Positions 24,438-33,329 of a stretch of DNA of 33,509 bases are shown piece after piece; position 1 is the first letter of the stretch, and every line of letters starts with the position of its first letter. Origin of the DNA: Candidatus Woesebacteria bacterium (GTDB lineage: Bacteria; Patescibacteriota; Microgenomatia; UBA8517). The DNA lies in assembly GCA_016432365.1 (NCBI GenBank), contig CP066686.1, positions 757,992 to 791,500 on the forward strand, read 5' to 3'. Under the pieces are notes generated by a model. It was not told the origin of the DNA. It did not search any database and was given only the letters and a program-made list of their open reading frames with translations. A program made the translations under genes and the position numbers.

Positions 24438-26390
24438 ATGGATATTAAAATATTAGACAGTTGGCTTAGAGAATATTTAGATACATTGGCGACCCCTAAA
24501 CAAATCGCTGAGTATTTATCCTTGTGTGGTCCTTCCGTGGAAAGAATTAATAAGATTGGAAACGATTCATTGTATGAAATTGAAGTAACCACAAACAGAA
24601 TTGATTCAGCCTCCGTTTATGGAATCGCTCGAGAAGCATTGGCAATCTTACCGAGATTTAAAGTGCCAGCCAAACTTGAAAGAATTAAAACTGAGTCCGC
24701 TTCCTATTCTTTTGTTAAAAAGGTTCCATATCTTACAGCTATCGTTGACCCAAATCTTTGCCCACGTTTCACTGCAGTATTAATTAAAAATGTGAACATA
24801 GATCACTCACCCGACTGGATGGTTAAAAGACTTGAAGCTTGCGGAGTTCGCGCAATCAACAACGTAGTAGACATCAGTAATTACATAATGCTTGGATTGG
24901 GTCAGCCTGTACATACTTTTGATTACGACAAGATCGAGGGTTCAAAAATGATTCTTAGGGAAAGCAAAAGGGGAGAAAAAATTACAACACTTGACGCCAA
25001 AGTGTTTGATTTGACCGGAGGAGATATTGTAATTGAAGATGGCGGAGGGCGACTAATCGATTTGGCCGGAGTTATGGGCGGAGCGCTTTCTATGGTAGAC
25101 GACAACACCAAGAACGTTCTCCTGTTTGTCCAAACATATGATCCTACCAGAATCCGCAAAACCTCAATGGGACTGGCTCAAAGAACCCAGGCCGCTGCAA
25201 TATTTGAAAAGGGAATAGATACCGAACTTGTTTCTCCGGCTATCTTAACTGCAATTGACTTATTTAAAACAATCTGCAAAGGAAATCCCGAAAAGGAAAT
25301 CTTAAATGTCTACCCCAAAGCTTACAAACCCATAAAAATTTTAATTGACAATGAACTTATTATTAAAAAACTCGGTATCGAAGTTTCCAAGAAAGACATC
25401 TCCACATATCTCGGTTCATTGGAATTTGAATCCGTTTGGCACGGAAACAAATTGGAAGTAGTCGTACCCAGTTTCAGAACAAAAGATGTCTTAGGCGAGG
25501 AAGATGTTGTTGAAGAAATTGCCAGAATTTATGGCTACCACAATCTCCCAAGCCAGATAATGTCAGGGGTCATTCCAAATGAACCTCCCCAATCGGATTT
25601 TGCTTTTGAAACCAATATCAAAAATGTATTGGTCGGTCTTGGCGGAAACGAAATCTACACTCTTTCTCTTGTTCCGAAAGAATTTGTTGGCGAAAAAGCG
25701 TTAGGACTTAAAAACCCTCTGGGAGTAGACAGTGAATTTCTCAGAACTTCACTTATGCCCTCGCTTCTGAGCGCCGCCAAAACAAATATCGGTACTTTTG
25801 AAAATTTTCATTTGTTCGAAATGTCTAACGTCTACATTCCACGAAAGAATGATTTGCCGGAGGAGAGAATGACATTGGCGGGTATTTTGTACGGACATAG
25901 TTATAGAAATTCAAAAGGAGTTATCGAAGCTCTTTTATCTAAATTAAACATCAATGCTAAATTTACAGCTGAGGACATAAATGGATTTTCTGCCAGTCAT
26001 TCTGTAACGATAAAAGTTGACGGAAATGATATCGGATTTATGGGTATTACAAACGACAAATTAATATATTACGAGTTTTCAGTTTCTAAATTGATGTCAT
26101 CTATCAAACCACTAAAATTCCAAGAAATTCCCAAATACCCGGCACAAATCGAAGATATAACTTTTACACTGCCGGATAAAACTTTAATCGGCGACGTCAT
26201 TAATGAAATTTACAAAGTACAATCTACAATTTACAAAGTCGAACTTAAGGATACTTATAATGATGCTTGTACTTTCAGAGTTGAATACTTGGACCCAAAC
26301 AAAACTTTAACGAATGCGGATGTCGAAATTACCCGCAAAGAAATTATTGCTTCGGTCAAAAATAAATTCGGCGGAAACATTAAGGAGTAG
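24438..26390 (+). CDS. pheT: Phenylalanine--tRNA ligase beta subunit (short form without the B2 OB-fold tRNA-binding domain)
   Basis: The B1 start (MDIKILDSWLREYL) runs directly into EVTTNRIDSASVYGIARE. The B3/4 region (NNVVDISNYIMLGLGQPVHTFD), B5 and the FDX-ACB-like C-terminus are present. The protein is 650 aa. Confidence 0.9.
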   Translation: MDIKILDSWLREYLDTLATPKQIAEYLSLCGPSVERINKIGNDSLYEIEVTTNRIDSASVYGIAREALAILPRFKVPAKLERIKTESASYSFVKKVPYLTAIVDPNLCPRFTAVLIKNVNIDHSPDWMVKRLEACGVRAINNVVDISNYIMLGLGQPVHTFDYDKIEGSKMILRESKRGEKITTLDAKVFDLTGGDIVIEDGGGRLIDLAGVMGGALSMVDDNTKNVLLFVQTYDPTRIRKTSMGLAQRTQAAAIFEKGIDTELVSPAILTAIDLFKTICKGNPEKEILNVYPKAYKPIKILIDNELIIKKLGIEVSKKDISTYLGSLEFESVWHGNKLEVVVPSFRTKDVLGEEDVVEEIARIYGYHNLPSQIMSGVIPNEPPQSDFAFETNIKNVLVGLGGNEIYTLSLVPKEFVGEKALGLKNPLGVDSEFLRTSLMPSLLSAAKTNIGTFENFHLFEMSNVYIPRKNDLPEERMTLAGILYGHSYRNSKGVIEALLSKLNINAKFTAEDINGFSASHSVTIKVDGNDIGFMGITNDKLIYYEFSVSKLMSSIKPLKFQEIPKYPAQIEDITFTLPDKTLIGDVINEIYKVQSTIYKVELKDTYNDACTFRVEYLDPNKTLTNADVEITRKEIIASVKNKFGGNIKE

Positions 26391-28941
26391 GTGATGGAGT
26401 GGGAGAGGGTGAAGGTTGGGGGGTCGGCGTAGCAGACATTCCCACACCAATAGTTATTTGACTTTCAGATTTGTGGTTTTGTGCATCTGTCGCTTCCGCT
26501 TTAAGTGTGTATATATTATTGGCAAGTCCCGACAAATCACATTTATAATTATTGGCACCGTTATTAAAAGTGCACTTGATAGTACCGTTTACCTGTAAAG
26601 AGGCTTGGGTAATCTGACTATTTGAGTTGGCAGTAAAAGTAACGGTAAAAGTACCAGGCAAATTCGAATCCTGGTCATGGGGGTATGTAAAGTCGACACT
26701 CAGGGGATTACTCGTCCCGCAGTAATCCATAGGAGGGTGATACCGACTGTCCGGTTGTCCGTTTACCCAGTTAAGTATTCCTTCCTGCCATTTGTTGGGG
26801 CTCCCGTTAGAGGCTGTCGGGTCTTCTTCTTTAAATTGAAAATATTCTTTGGAATCATAATTATTTGATGCTATATCGCTCGGATTTGCAAGCTTGCCAT
26901 CGTTTTTGCATACCTTTAACATTACGTGTGTCGGGTCAGGAGGAGAAGGCTCTGTCCCCTTTATAAAATATTCGCTTCGGGATGCAAATCCGTCGTGTGC
27001 CGGGTATCCCGAAATCGTGTCTACATCCATCTGAGAGACATTGTCCGGCTTGTCAAAAGTAACCGGCGGTTTTCCTTTTAAGGCTTGGTTAATAATTTGC
27101 CTCCAGATGGGGGAGGCGCCGCTTACCCCTGAGGCAACGTTAAGCATTTGTGAATTATCATTATTTCCCACCCACACACCCACCATGGCATTATCGTTTC
27201 CGCCTATTGTCCAGTTATCTCGTTTATCGTTTGTTGTTCCTGTTTTTACCATTACGTTGGCAATATTCAGAAGAGAATTAACACCAAAGGTGTCTTTTCT
27301 GGCGGAATTGTCTGAGAGAATCGAATTAATAAGATATGCCTGTTCCTCCGTAAGAACCTTTTTGCCTTTTTGAAAATGATTGTCCTCCAAAACTTTTCCG
27401 TTAACGTCTTCCACTCTTAGGATGGCAACCGGGTCAACCCTATACCCCTTGTTAACAAAAGCCGAATAAGCACCTGCCATATCTATCAGCCGGACTTCCC
27501 CTCCTCCAAGTGTTAAAGAAAGCCCAACACGTTTCAGCGTCTCGGCAGTTGGAGGAAGGGTGGTAAGTCCCATATCGGTTGCCGTGGCAAGAACATCTTT
27601 TATACCAATCATAGCCAATGTTTTAACAGCGGGAACGTTTCTGGAATTTCCCAGTGCATAACGTATTTGAATTGGCCCTACAAATTTTCCGTCATAATTT
27701 ACGGGATTATAATCGGGCTGCCCCACCCCTCCGGGGAATGTTGTAGGTACGTCCATAATCATAGTCGAGGGTGTATATCCTTTTTTAAATGCAGTTACGT
27801 AAGTAAACGGTTTAAAAGAGCTCCCCGGTTGCCTGAGTGAAGTTGTAACATTAACCTGGCCGTCGTAATCAGTTGCACCAAAATTTTTGCTTCCTACCAT
27901 ACTCATTATCTCACCAGTCTCAGGGTTAATAACAATTGCGGCACCATTGGTTATATGTTGTTTTTCAACTTTTGCAATTTCATCTGTTACTATCTGTTGT
28001 ACTTTTTCTTGTAGATCAAGGTCCAAGGTAGTTGTCACCTTTAAGCCTCCTTGCTCAACGGCTGCCTGACCGTATCGGCTTTCCAAAATTCTTTGTACAT
28101 ATTGAACAAAGTGGGGTGCTTTAAATCCGGCGCCCCTCGGCTGAAAAGAAACACCAGGAAGGGCTTCATCAACCGCCTTTTCCTGATCGGCGGTTATATA
28201 CCCGTCTTCGCGCATTCTTCTAAGTACCTCTTTAGTTCGCGTTACATATGCCTTCGGGGTAGAAGAATATGGTGAGTATGCAGAAGGGGATTGTGGCATT
28301 CCGGCTAAAATCGCACATTCGGTAAGGTCCAAGTCCTTAACATCTTTACCAAAATAAGTTTGCGACGCGGCTCCAACTCCCCATGCTGTTCCGCCGTATG
28401 GCACCTCGTTTAAATACATCTGTAATATTTGGTCTTTTGTATATTTCTTTTCTATCTCAACCGCCAATACAAATTCCTTGATTTTTCTGATAATTGTGCG
28501 GTCGTTTGTCAAAAGAGAATTCTTTACAAGTTGTTGGGTCAGAGTTGAACCCCCTTGAGCCCTACCCGACGTAAATATTCGTAAAAAACCTCTGGTAATC
28601 CCTACCGGATCAAATCCGCTATGGGTATAAAAGTTTTTGTCCTCGATAGAGATAGTCGCCTGTCGCAGGTATAAGGGAATGTCCGCTAAAACTTCAGGTT
28701 GTCTATTTTGGTTGGCATACACGTCATAAAGAACTTGGCCGTTACGATCTAATATTTGTGTGGAAAATCCTGTCTGTCGAACAATCTTATCGGGCGAAGG
28801 AAGAGTCAAAGAAAATATCGGAAGGGCAACAAAAAGAAAAACAAAAAGAAGGACAACCCCCAAGAAGACATATTTGGCTATTCGAACCAAATTCCTACTC
28901 CTGGTTAGGTTCTGTCTGTATCTCATCCTGTCTCTCCACAT
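26380..28941 (-). CDS. Class A penicillin-binding protein (GT51 transglycosylase plus transpeptidase) with a C-terminal Ig-like/Pro-Thr-Ser-rich extension
   Basis: GT51 motifs EDKNFYTHSGFD and GGSTLTQQLVKN are present, with transpeptidase SSFKP and KTGTT. The tail reads ATPTPQPSPSPTPSPTP. It overlaps the pheT end convergently by 11 nt. Confidence 0.9.
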   Translation of the reverse strand: MWRDRMRYRQNLTRSRNLVRIAKYVFLGVVLLFVFLFVALPIFSLTLPSPDKIVRQTGFSTQILDRNGQVLYDVYANQNRQPEVLADIPLYLRQATISIEDKNFYTHSGFDPVGITRGFLRIFTSGRAQGGSTLTQQLVKNSLLTNDRTIIRKIKEFVLAVEIEKKYTKDQILQMYLNEVPYGGTAWGVGAASQTYFGKDVKDLDLTECAILAGMPQSPSAYSPYSSTPKAYVTRTKEVLRRMREDGYITADQEKAVDEALPGVSFQPRGAGFKAPHFVQYVQRILESRYGQAAVEQGGLKVTTTLDLDLQEKVQQIVTDEIAKVEKQHITNGAAIVINPETGEIMSMVGSKNFGATDYDGQVNVTTSLRQPGSSFKPFTYVTAFKKGYTPSTMIMDVPTTFPGGVGQPDYNPVNYDGKFVGPIQIRYALGNSRNVPAVKTLAMIGIKDVLATATDMGLTTLPPTAETLKRVGLSLTLGGGEVRLIDMAGAYSAFVNKGYRVDPVAILRVEDVNGKVLEDNHFQKGKKVLTEEQAYLINSILSDNSARKDTFGVNSLLNIANVMVKTGTTNDKRDNWTIGGNDNAMVGVWVGNNDNSQMLNVASGVSGASPIWRQIINQALKGKPPVTFDKPDNVSQMDVDTISGYPAHDGFASRSEYFIKGTEPSPPDPTHVMLKVCKNDGKLANPSDIASNNYDSKEYFQFKEEDPTASNGSPNKWQEGILNWVNGQPDSRYHPPMDYCGTSNPLSVDFTYPHDQDSNLPGTFTVTFTANSNSQITQASLQVNGTIKCTFNNGANNYKCDLSGLANNIYTLKAEATDAQNHKSESQITIGVGMSATPTPQPSPSPTPSPTP

Positions 28942-29008
28942 TAATTTGATTGTATCTTGATTCAGTCACGTTTGCAAAAAGAAAAAATATTATTTTGTTG
29001 CTATAATA

Positions 29009-30247
29009 ATGGTTATGTTAGACATTAATTTCATCCGCGACAACAAAGATAAAGTAATAAAAGCAACAAAAAGCAAAGGCTTCGATGAAACGGTTATTGA
29101 AAGACTTCTTACAGTGGACGTCGAAAGAAGAAAAGTTCTCCAGGAAGTAGAAGGCATCCGTTCCGAACGAAACAAATTGACAAAAGACGATATAGAAAAG
29201 GGCCGTGAACTTAAAACTAAACTTAAAGGCGTTGAGGAAAACCAAAAACAAATTGAGTTAGATTTTAACGAACTTATGTACAAGGTTCCGAACCTTGCAG
29301 CGGACGATGTTAAAGTTGGAACGCCGGAGGAGAATGAAATTGTAAAAACAGTGGGGGAGATCCCCAAGTTTGATTTTCCCGTTCGTGATCATTTGGATAT
29401 AGGAAAACTTACAGACAGCATTGATTTTGAAAGGGGTGCAAAAGTTGCTCAATCGGGTTTTTATTATTTTAAAAATGATTTGGCACTTTTAGAGTTAGCA
29501 CTTGCCCAATACGCTTTTGAGAAATTGTCTAAAAAAGGCTTTACTCCGGTAATTACCCCCAACGTTGCCAAAGAAAGAAATATTGTAGGTTGCGGATTCC
29601 AGGCAAGAAGTGATAAAGAACGTCAGATTTACTCGTTGGAAAACGAGGATTTGGATTTAATTGCAACTGCTGAAATTACACTTGTTGGAATGCATACAGA
29701 TGAAACTTTTGAAGAAAAAGATTTGCCTAAAAAATATGTTGGTTATTCAAGTTGCTACAGAAAAGAGATTGGCAGTTATGGAAAAGATGTCCGTGGAATT
29801 TTAAGAGTTCACGAATTCAAAAAAGTAGAGATGGTGGTTTTTTGCAAACCGGAAGATTCGGATAAAATTCATGAGGAACTTTTGGCCATCGAAGAAGAAA
29901 TTTATCAGGAACTTGGTATTCCCTATCAAGTGGTTAAAATGGTGACAGGGGACTTGGGCAATGCGGCAAGCCGTAAGTATGATCTGGAAGCATGGATGCC
30001 ATCACAAAATAAATATAGAGAGATCACTTCCACAAGTAATACAACTGACTTCCAGGCAAGGAGATTAAATATCAAATTTAAAAGAGAGGGGAAAAATGAA
30101 TTTGTTCATACCTTAAACGGAACAATAACCACAACCAGTAGGACAATTATTGCAATTCTGGAAAACTTCCAACAAAAAGACGGAAGTGTGGCTATCCCCA
30201 AAGTTCTTCAGAAATGGATGGGGAAGGAAAAAATCCAGATAAGATAA
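29009..30247 (+). CDS. serS: Serine--tRNA ligase
   Basis: The MLDINFIRDN start, a coiled-coil arm and class II motifs (RVHEFKKVEM, GTITTTSRTIIAILEN) are present. The true start may be the second ATG at 29015, given the TGcTATAAT at 28999-29007. Confidence 0.95.
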   Translation: MVMLDINFIRDNKDKVIKATKSKGFDETVIERLLTVDVERRKVLQEVEGIRSERNKLTKDDIEKGRELKTKLKGVEENQKQIELDFNELMYKVPNLAADDVKVGTPEENEIVKTVGEIPKFDFPVRDHLDIGKLTDSIDFERGAKVAQSGFYYFKNDLALLELALAQYAFEKLSKKGFTPVITPNVAKERNIVGCGFQARSDKERQIYSLENEDLDLIATAEITLVGMHTDETFEEKDLPKKYVGYSSCYRKEIGSYGKDVRGILRVHEFKKVEMVVFCKPEDSDKIHEELLAIEEEIYQELGIPYQVVKMVTGDLGNAASRKYDLEAWMPSQNKYREITSTSNTTDFQARRLNIKFKREGKNEFVHTLNGTITTTSRTIIAILENFQQKDGSVAIPKVLQKWMGKEKIQIR

Positions 30248-30332
30248 CTCTATAGCAAACTCAAAACAAAATGACGGTTTTTGCGAATTTATGTTTTGAG
30301 TTCGATATATAGGAATTCTACGCTTGCCAAAC

Positions 30333-30360
30333 AAAATGTCAAAACTGACATTTTATTTTT
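30333..30360 (+). terminator. Weak AT-rich terminator-like hairpin after serS
   Basis: AAAATGTCA (30333-41), loop AAAC and TGACATTTT (30346-54) are followed by ATTTTT. Confidence 0.35.
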
Positions 30361-30468
30361 AATATGACTATATAATTTGACTCCTCAGACTTTCAGTTGT
30401 ACACTCCTGGTCGAGAGAAACTCGCCTCTTCTCAATTGCGAGAAGAAAAAAAGTTTTTTCTCACGTTC

Positions 30469-30540
30469 GGCGCGTCCGCCTAAGTGGTAGGGCACCGGTC
30501 TGTAAAATCGGGATAACGGGTTCAACTCCCGTACGCGCCA
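30469..30540 (+). tRNA. tRNA-Tyr (anticodon GTA) with a short (4-nt) variable region
   Basis: The acceptor is GGCGCGT/ACGCGCC and the D-arm is GCCT-AAGTGGTA-GGGC. The anticodon stem CCGGT/ATCGG carries loop CTGTAAA. The variable region is GATA, the T-arm is ACGGG-TTCAACT-CCCGT and the discriminator is A. A TTGACT/TACACT promoter-like pair lies at 30377-30405. Confidence 0.8.
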
Positions 30541-30554
30541 CGTTTAACTTAATT

Positions 30555-30624
30555 ATGAGGGGCTAGGGTAACTAGAAAAAAAACAATTTTTTTCTACTTA
30601 TTCCAATGCCCCTCGTACTTTTTT
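30555..30624 (+). terminator. Terminator-like compound hairpin after tRNA-Tyr
   Basis: ATGAGGGGC (30555-63) pairs with GCCCCTCGT (30608-16). An inner A10/T10 hairpin lies between them, and ACTTTTTT follows. Confidence 0.5.
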
Positions 30625-30634
30625 AAAAACCCTC

Positions 30635-30663
30635 TTGACAAAGATGCGGCCTGGTCGTATATT
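30635..30663 (+). promoter_or_regulatory. Sigma70-like promoter of the T-box operon
   Basis: TTGACA lies at 30635-30640 and TATATT at 30658-30663 with an exact 17-nt spacer. Confidence 0.6.
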
Positions 30664-30680
30664 CTACAACAGTAGCAAAA

Positions 30681-30949
30681 GCTGTGAAGCAGCGAAGTAG
30701 TTAGTTTAGGCGGAAGAATAGAGACGAGGCGGTCGGTGCAAGACCTCGCAAGCTCAAATTAACGAATTACCCTGCAGAGCCGGTTAGACGAAATCTAACA
30801 CGAGAGCGCCCGTAAAAGCGCAAAGAAAGTGTCATCCTGAGCACAGTTGAAGGAAGGAGCTTTCGAAAGAGTATAAAGCGAGGTGGTACCGCCTTTTAAA
30901 GGCCCTTGCCTAGTTCTGATTTTTATCGGAACTATGCAAGGGCTTTTTT
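30681..30949 (+). promoter_or_regulatory. T-box riboswitch leader (Stem I, antiterminator and terminator)
   Basis: - K-turn: 30681-88 with 30776-80 (GC stem, UGU bulge, tandem GA/AG).
- S-turn: AGUA 30696-99 with GAA 30764-66.
- AG bulge AGAGA at 30720-24; distal loop GGUGCAA at 30735-41.
- T-box: GCGAGG-UGGUACC-GCC at 30878-93, closed by GGC-CCUUGC at 30901-09.
- Terminator: GCCCUUGC (30902-09) with GCAAGGGC (30936-43), then U6 (30944-49). Confidence 0.85.
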
Positions 30950-30962
30950 GTATCTAAAAAAA

Positions 30963-33329
30963 ATGAAAGAAACTATTAATCAAAAAGTAGAATCAATACA
31001 CGAAGAGGTGAGACGACGTGATATAGAAAAATTTACTCGCACTATGGTCAGCCTCGTAGCAAAAGTGAATGTTTTCGGTAGCGATGAAAATGATGAATTT
31101 AAGGTGGTTAGGGAAAATGGTTTAACCCAAGGCATATTCAAGACTTGGGCAGTACCTGTTATCCCATTTTTAGAAAGCGGAAGTATTGAAGAATTAGCGT
31201 CAAGTCTAACAAAAGGTGGGCCGTTTTGGGAAAGGCTGGACAACCGACAGTTAAATATTATTACAGACTGGTCAAAAGAACTGTCCTCAAAACCATTAAA
31301 ATTATGGCAAAGCCTTGAAAAATGGAGAGGTTTTGCTGAAACATACGACAGGAGACTGCAATTAATTTTTTCCGAAAGAGAATTACCCACTCAAAAAGAT
31401 GAACGTGCTGCCGAACTTATCCTACGCTTGATAACAGCCTTTGGGTTCGCATCACCTTTTTACCACATTGAAGCAATGGTGGGTGACACACAAAATACAA
31501 GATTGAACCCCATCTCAGCTACTAAAAATAATACTGAAAGGAGTGGGGGTGGTTTGGATTTAGTAGCTATGTCGTTGCCTTCCGCTCTTAAAAACAAGGT
31601 CGTCGCAAAAAAACTTGACTGGTCCGGCTTAAATTGGGAAAAAATAGACAATCGATCAAAAATTGATTCCAAAGATAAGGAATCTATCTTAACCTTTAGA
31701 ATAGCCAAAATTTTGGGTGTAGATATAGGCGATGTTATCTTCGCGGCTAACGCACTCCAATGGATACCTGTAAGTGTGGGGGGCAAGGCAGAAGACTTGC
31801 CACATGATGATGCTCGAATTCTAGTCGAAAATTCACTTAAACCTAATAAAAATACCAACACTGAAACTGTTGGCCGAAACATGAATGCACTTATTAGATT
31901 TTTGAATTGGTTCCCGTTGGTCAAAAATAGTAAAAATTTTTCTGGTAAAGAGTGGAGATACGCTGCAGCATGTGACACATCAGATACTCTGTTGGCAGAA
32001 GTCAACGCAGGAGGAGTCTTGTCCAAATCTTTTGAATTAACGTTTAAACAAGATCTAGCAACACAAGTTAAACAATTGGACGCAACTTCTGCTAAAGGAA
32101 GATTTCTGATCCAACTTTTAAACGATGGAAAACTAAACACAGAAATTTACCAGGAAGTTAAAGCGAGATCGCCAGAATTTTTTAAAGATGTTTCGTCTAA
32201 ACTGGCTGCGCTCGAAAAAAGTGAGGCGGTCCTGGATGTTAACCAAGCAAAACCAAGGCATCTTGTGGGTGGAAAGTCCGCAGGTCTCCGCGAAGCAGGC
32301 TTAATTTTTGGAAAAGAGAATGTTATTCCCGGAATAGTTATTACATCCGAAACTGTAGAAAACTGGCTTAAAACATTACCCAATATATGGACAGAAATAC
32401 AAAATATTAATTCAGCAAAAAATATTTCAGAAAAATTAACCATAGCACATAAAATTTCTGAACTTCTCAGAAAAACTGAGTTTCCTATAAATAATTTCCT
32501 AGATAGCTCTTCATTTTTTAGATCAAGGCTTGCAGTGAGATCTTCATCGTTTGATGAAGACACTGATTACAATGGTTCAGCTGCAGGAATTTACGAAAGT
32601 GAAGTTAACATAGACCCTGCAGAAGTTAAAAGCGCAATCTCACGTGTAATCTCATCATTTTTTTCCGACAAAGCGATAAGTTACAGACATATGCAAGGTT
32701 TGAGCGACATCCCAATGTTTGCAGTAGTTATAAGTCCTTTTGTCGAAGGTCGTGGGGGTGCAGCATTTTCTTCTGGAGATAATAATGGTTGGGAAATCGT
32801 TACAGCGGATAAACCTTCAGATGTGGTTGGGTCGTCATCAGAAAAATTTGATTCATACAAAAAAATTGGTCAGTCAGTTAACAAGGTTAACAACCATGGG
32901 TGGGTAAAAGATTCTCAAGTAAATAAAATTGGCGAGATGTTAATTAAAGCTGAAAAAATAATTGGTGGTCGAGTTGATATGGAGTTTGCGATCGACTCAA
33001 ATGACAAAGTCTGGGTGCTTCAACTCCGAACCATAAAAGAAGAGATGGCGAAAATAGACCATCAAAAGCATAAGCCGCTTTTTGCTCTAAAACTAAACAA
33101 ATTGGAAGATTTAGAAAAAACTGTAGTTGATGCAAACAAAAATATTAAATTAATTATCGGAGAAAATATTAATATTGATCAATTTCAGGGAACGTTATTT
33201 AGATGGTTGACCATAAACCACAACCACGTGGGTCAAATATCGTTGTCTCAAAGAATACCCAGAACCAGTCATTTTGCAAATCTTTGTATTAACCTGGGTA
33301 TTGATTTATTATTTGAAGAACATGGATAA
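30963..33329 (+). CDS. PEP-utilizing/dikinase-like protein: unassigned ~430-aa N-terminal region, PPDK_N ATP-grasp, and swivel phospho-His domain
   Basis: ATG 30963 is preferred because the tracked TTG 30906 lies inside the T-box terminator. The ATP-grasp carries LVGGKSAGL (nt 32262-32288), VRSSSFDEDTDYNGSAAGIYES and DMEFAIDSNDKVWVLQLRTI. The C-terminus PRTSHFANLCINLGIDLLF matches the PEP-utilizer mobile domain, with the His codon at 33270-33272. Confidence 0.8.
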   Translation: MKETINQKVESIHEEVRRRDIEKFTRTMVSLVAKVNVFGSDENDEFKVVRENGLTQGIFKTWAVPVIPFLESGSIEELASSLTKGGPFWERLDNRQLNIITDWSKELSSKPLKLWQSLEKWRGFAETYDRRLQLIFSERELPTQKDERAAELILRLITAFGFASPFYHIEAMVGDTQNTRLNPISATKNNTERSGGGLDLVAMSLPSALKNKVVAKKLDWSGLNWEKIDNRSKIDSKDKESILTFRIAKILGVDIGDVIFAANALQWIPVSVGGKAEDLPHDDARILVENSLKPNKNTNTETVGRNMNALIRFLNWFPLVKNSKNFSGKEWRYAAACDTSDTLLAEVNAGGVLSKSFELTFKQDLATQVKQLDATSAKGRFLIQLLNDGKLNTEIYQEVKARSPEFFKDVSSKLAALEKSEAVLDVNQAKPRHLVGGKSAGLREAGLIFGKENVIPGIVITSETVENWLKTLPNIWTEIQNINSAKNISEKLTIAHKISELLRKTEFPINNFLDSSSFFRSRLAVRSSSFDEDTDYNGSAAGIYESEVNIDPAEVKSAISRVISSFFSDKAISYRHMQGLSDIPMFAVVISPFVEGRGGAAFSSGDNNGWEIVTADKPSDVVGSSSEKFDSYKKIGQSVNKVNNHGWVKDSQVNKIGEMLIKAEKIIGGRVDMEFAIDSNDKVWVLQLRTIKEEMAKIDHQKHKPLFALKLNKLEDLEKTVVDANKNIKLIIGENINIDQFQGTLFRWLTINHNHVGQISLSQRIPRTSHFANLCINLGIDLLFEEHG

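Noticed and set aside
26380-26390. The 11-nt convergent overlap of the pheT and PBP 3' ends.
   Set aside because: Convergent stop overlaps are common in compact genomes; the same pattern occurs at 5965-5968 and 18634-18639. There is no sign of special function.
30906-30962. TTG 30906 as the start of the 807-aa ORF.
   Set aside because: These codons lie inside the T-box terminator hairpin and its U-run. ATG 30963, just downstream of the terminator, is the sensible start.
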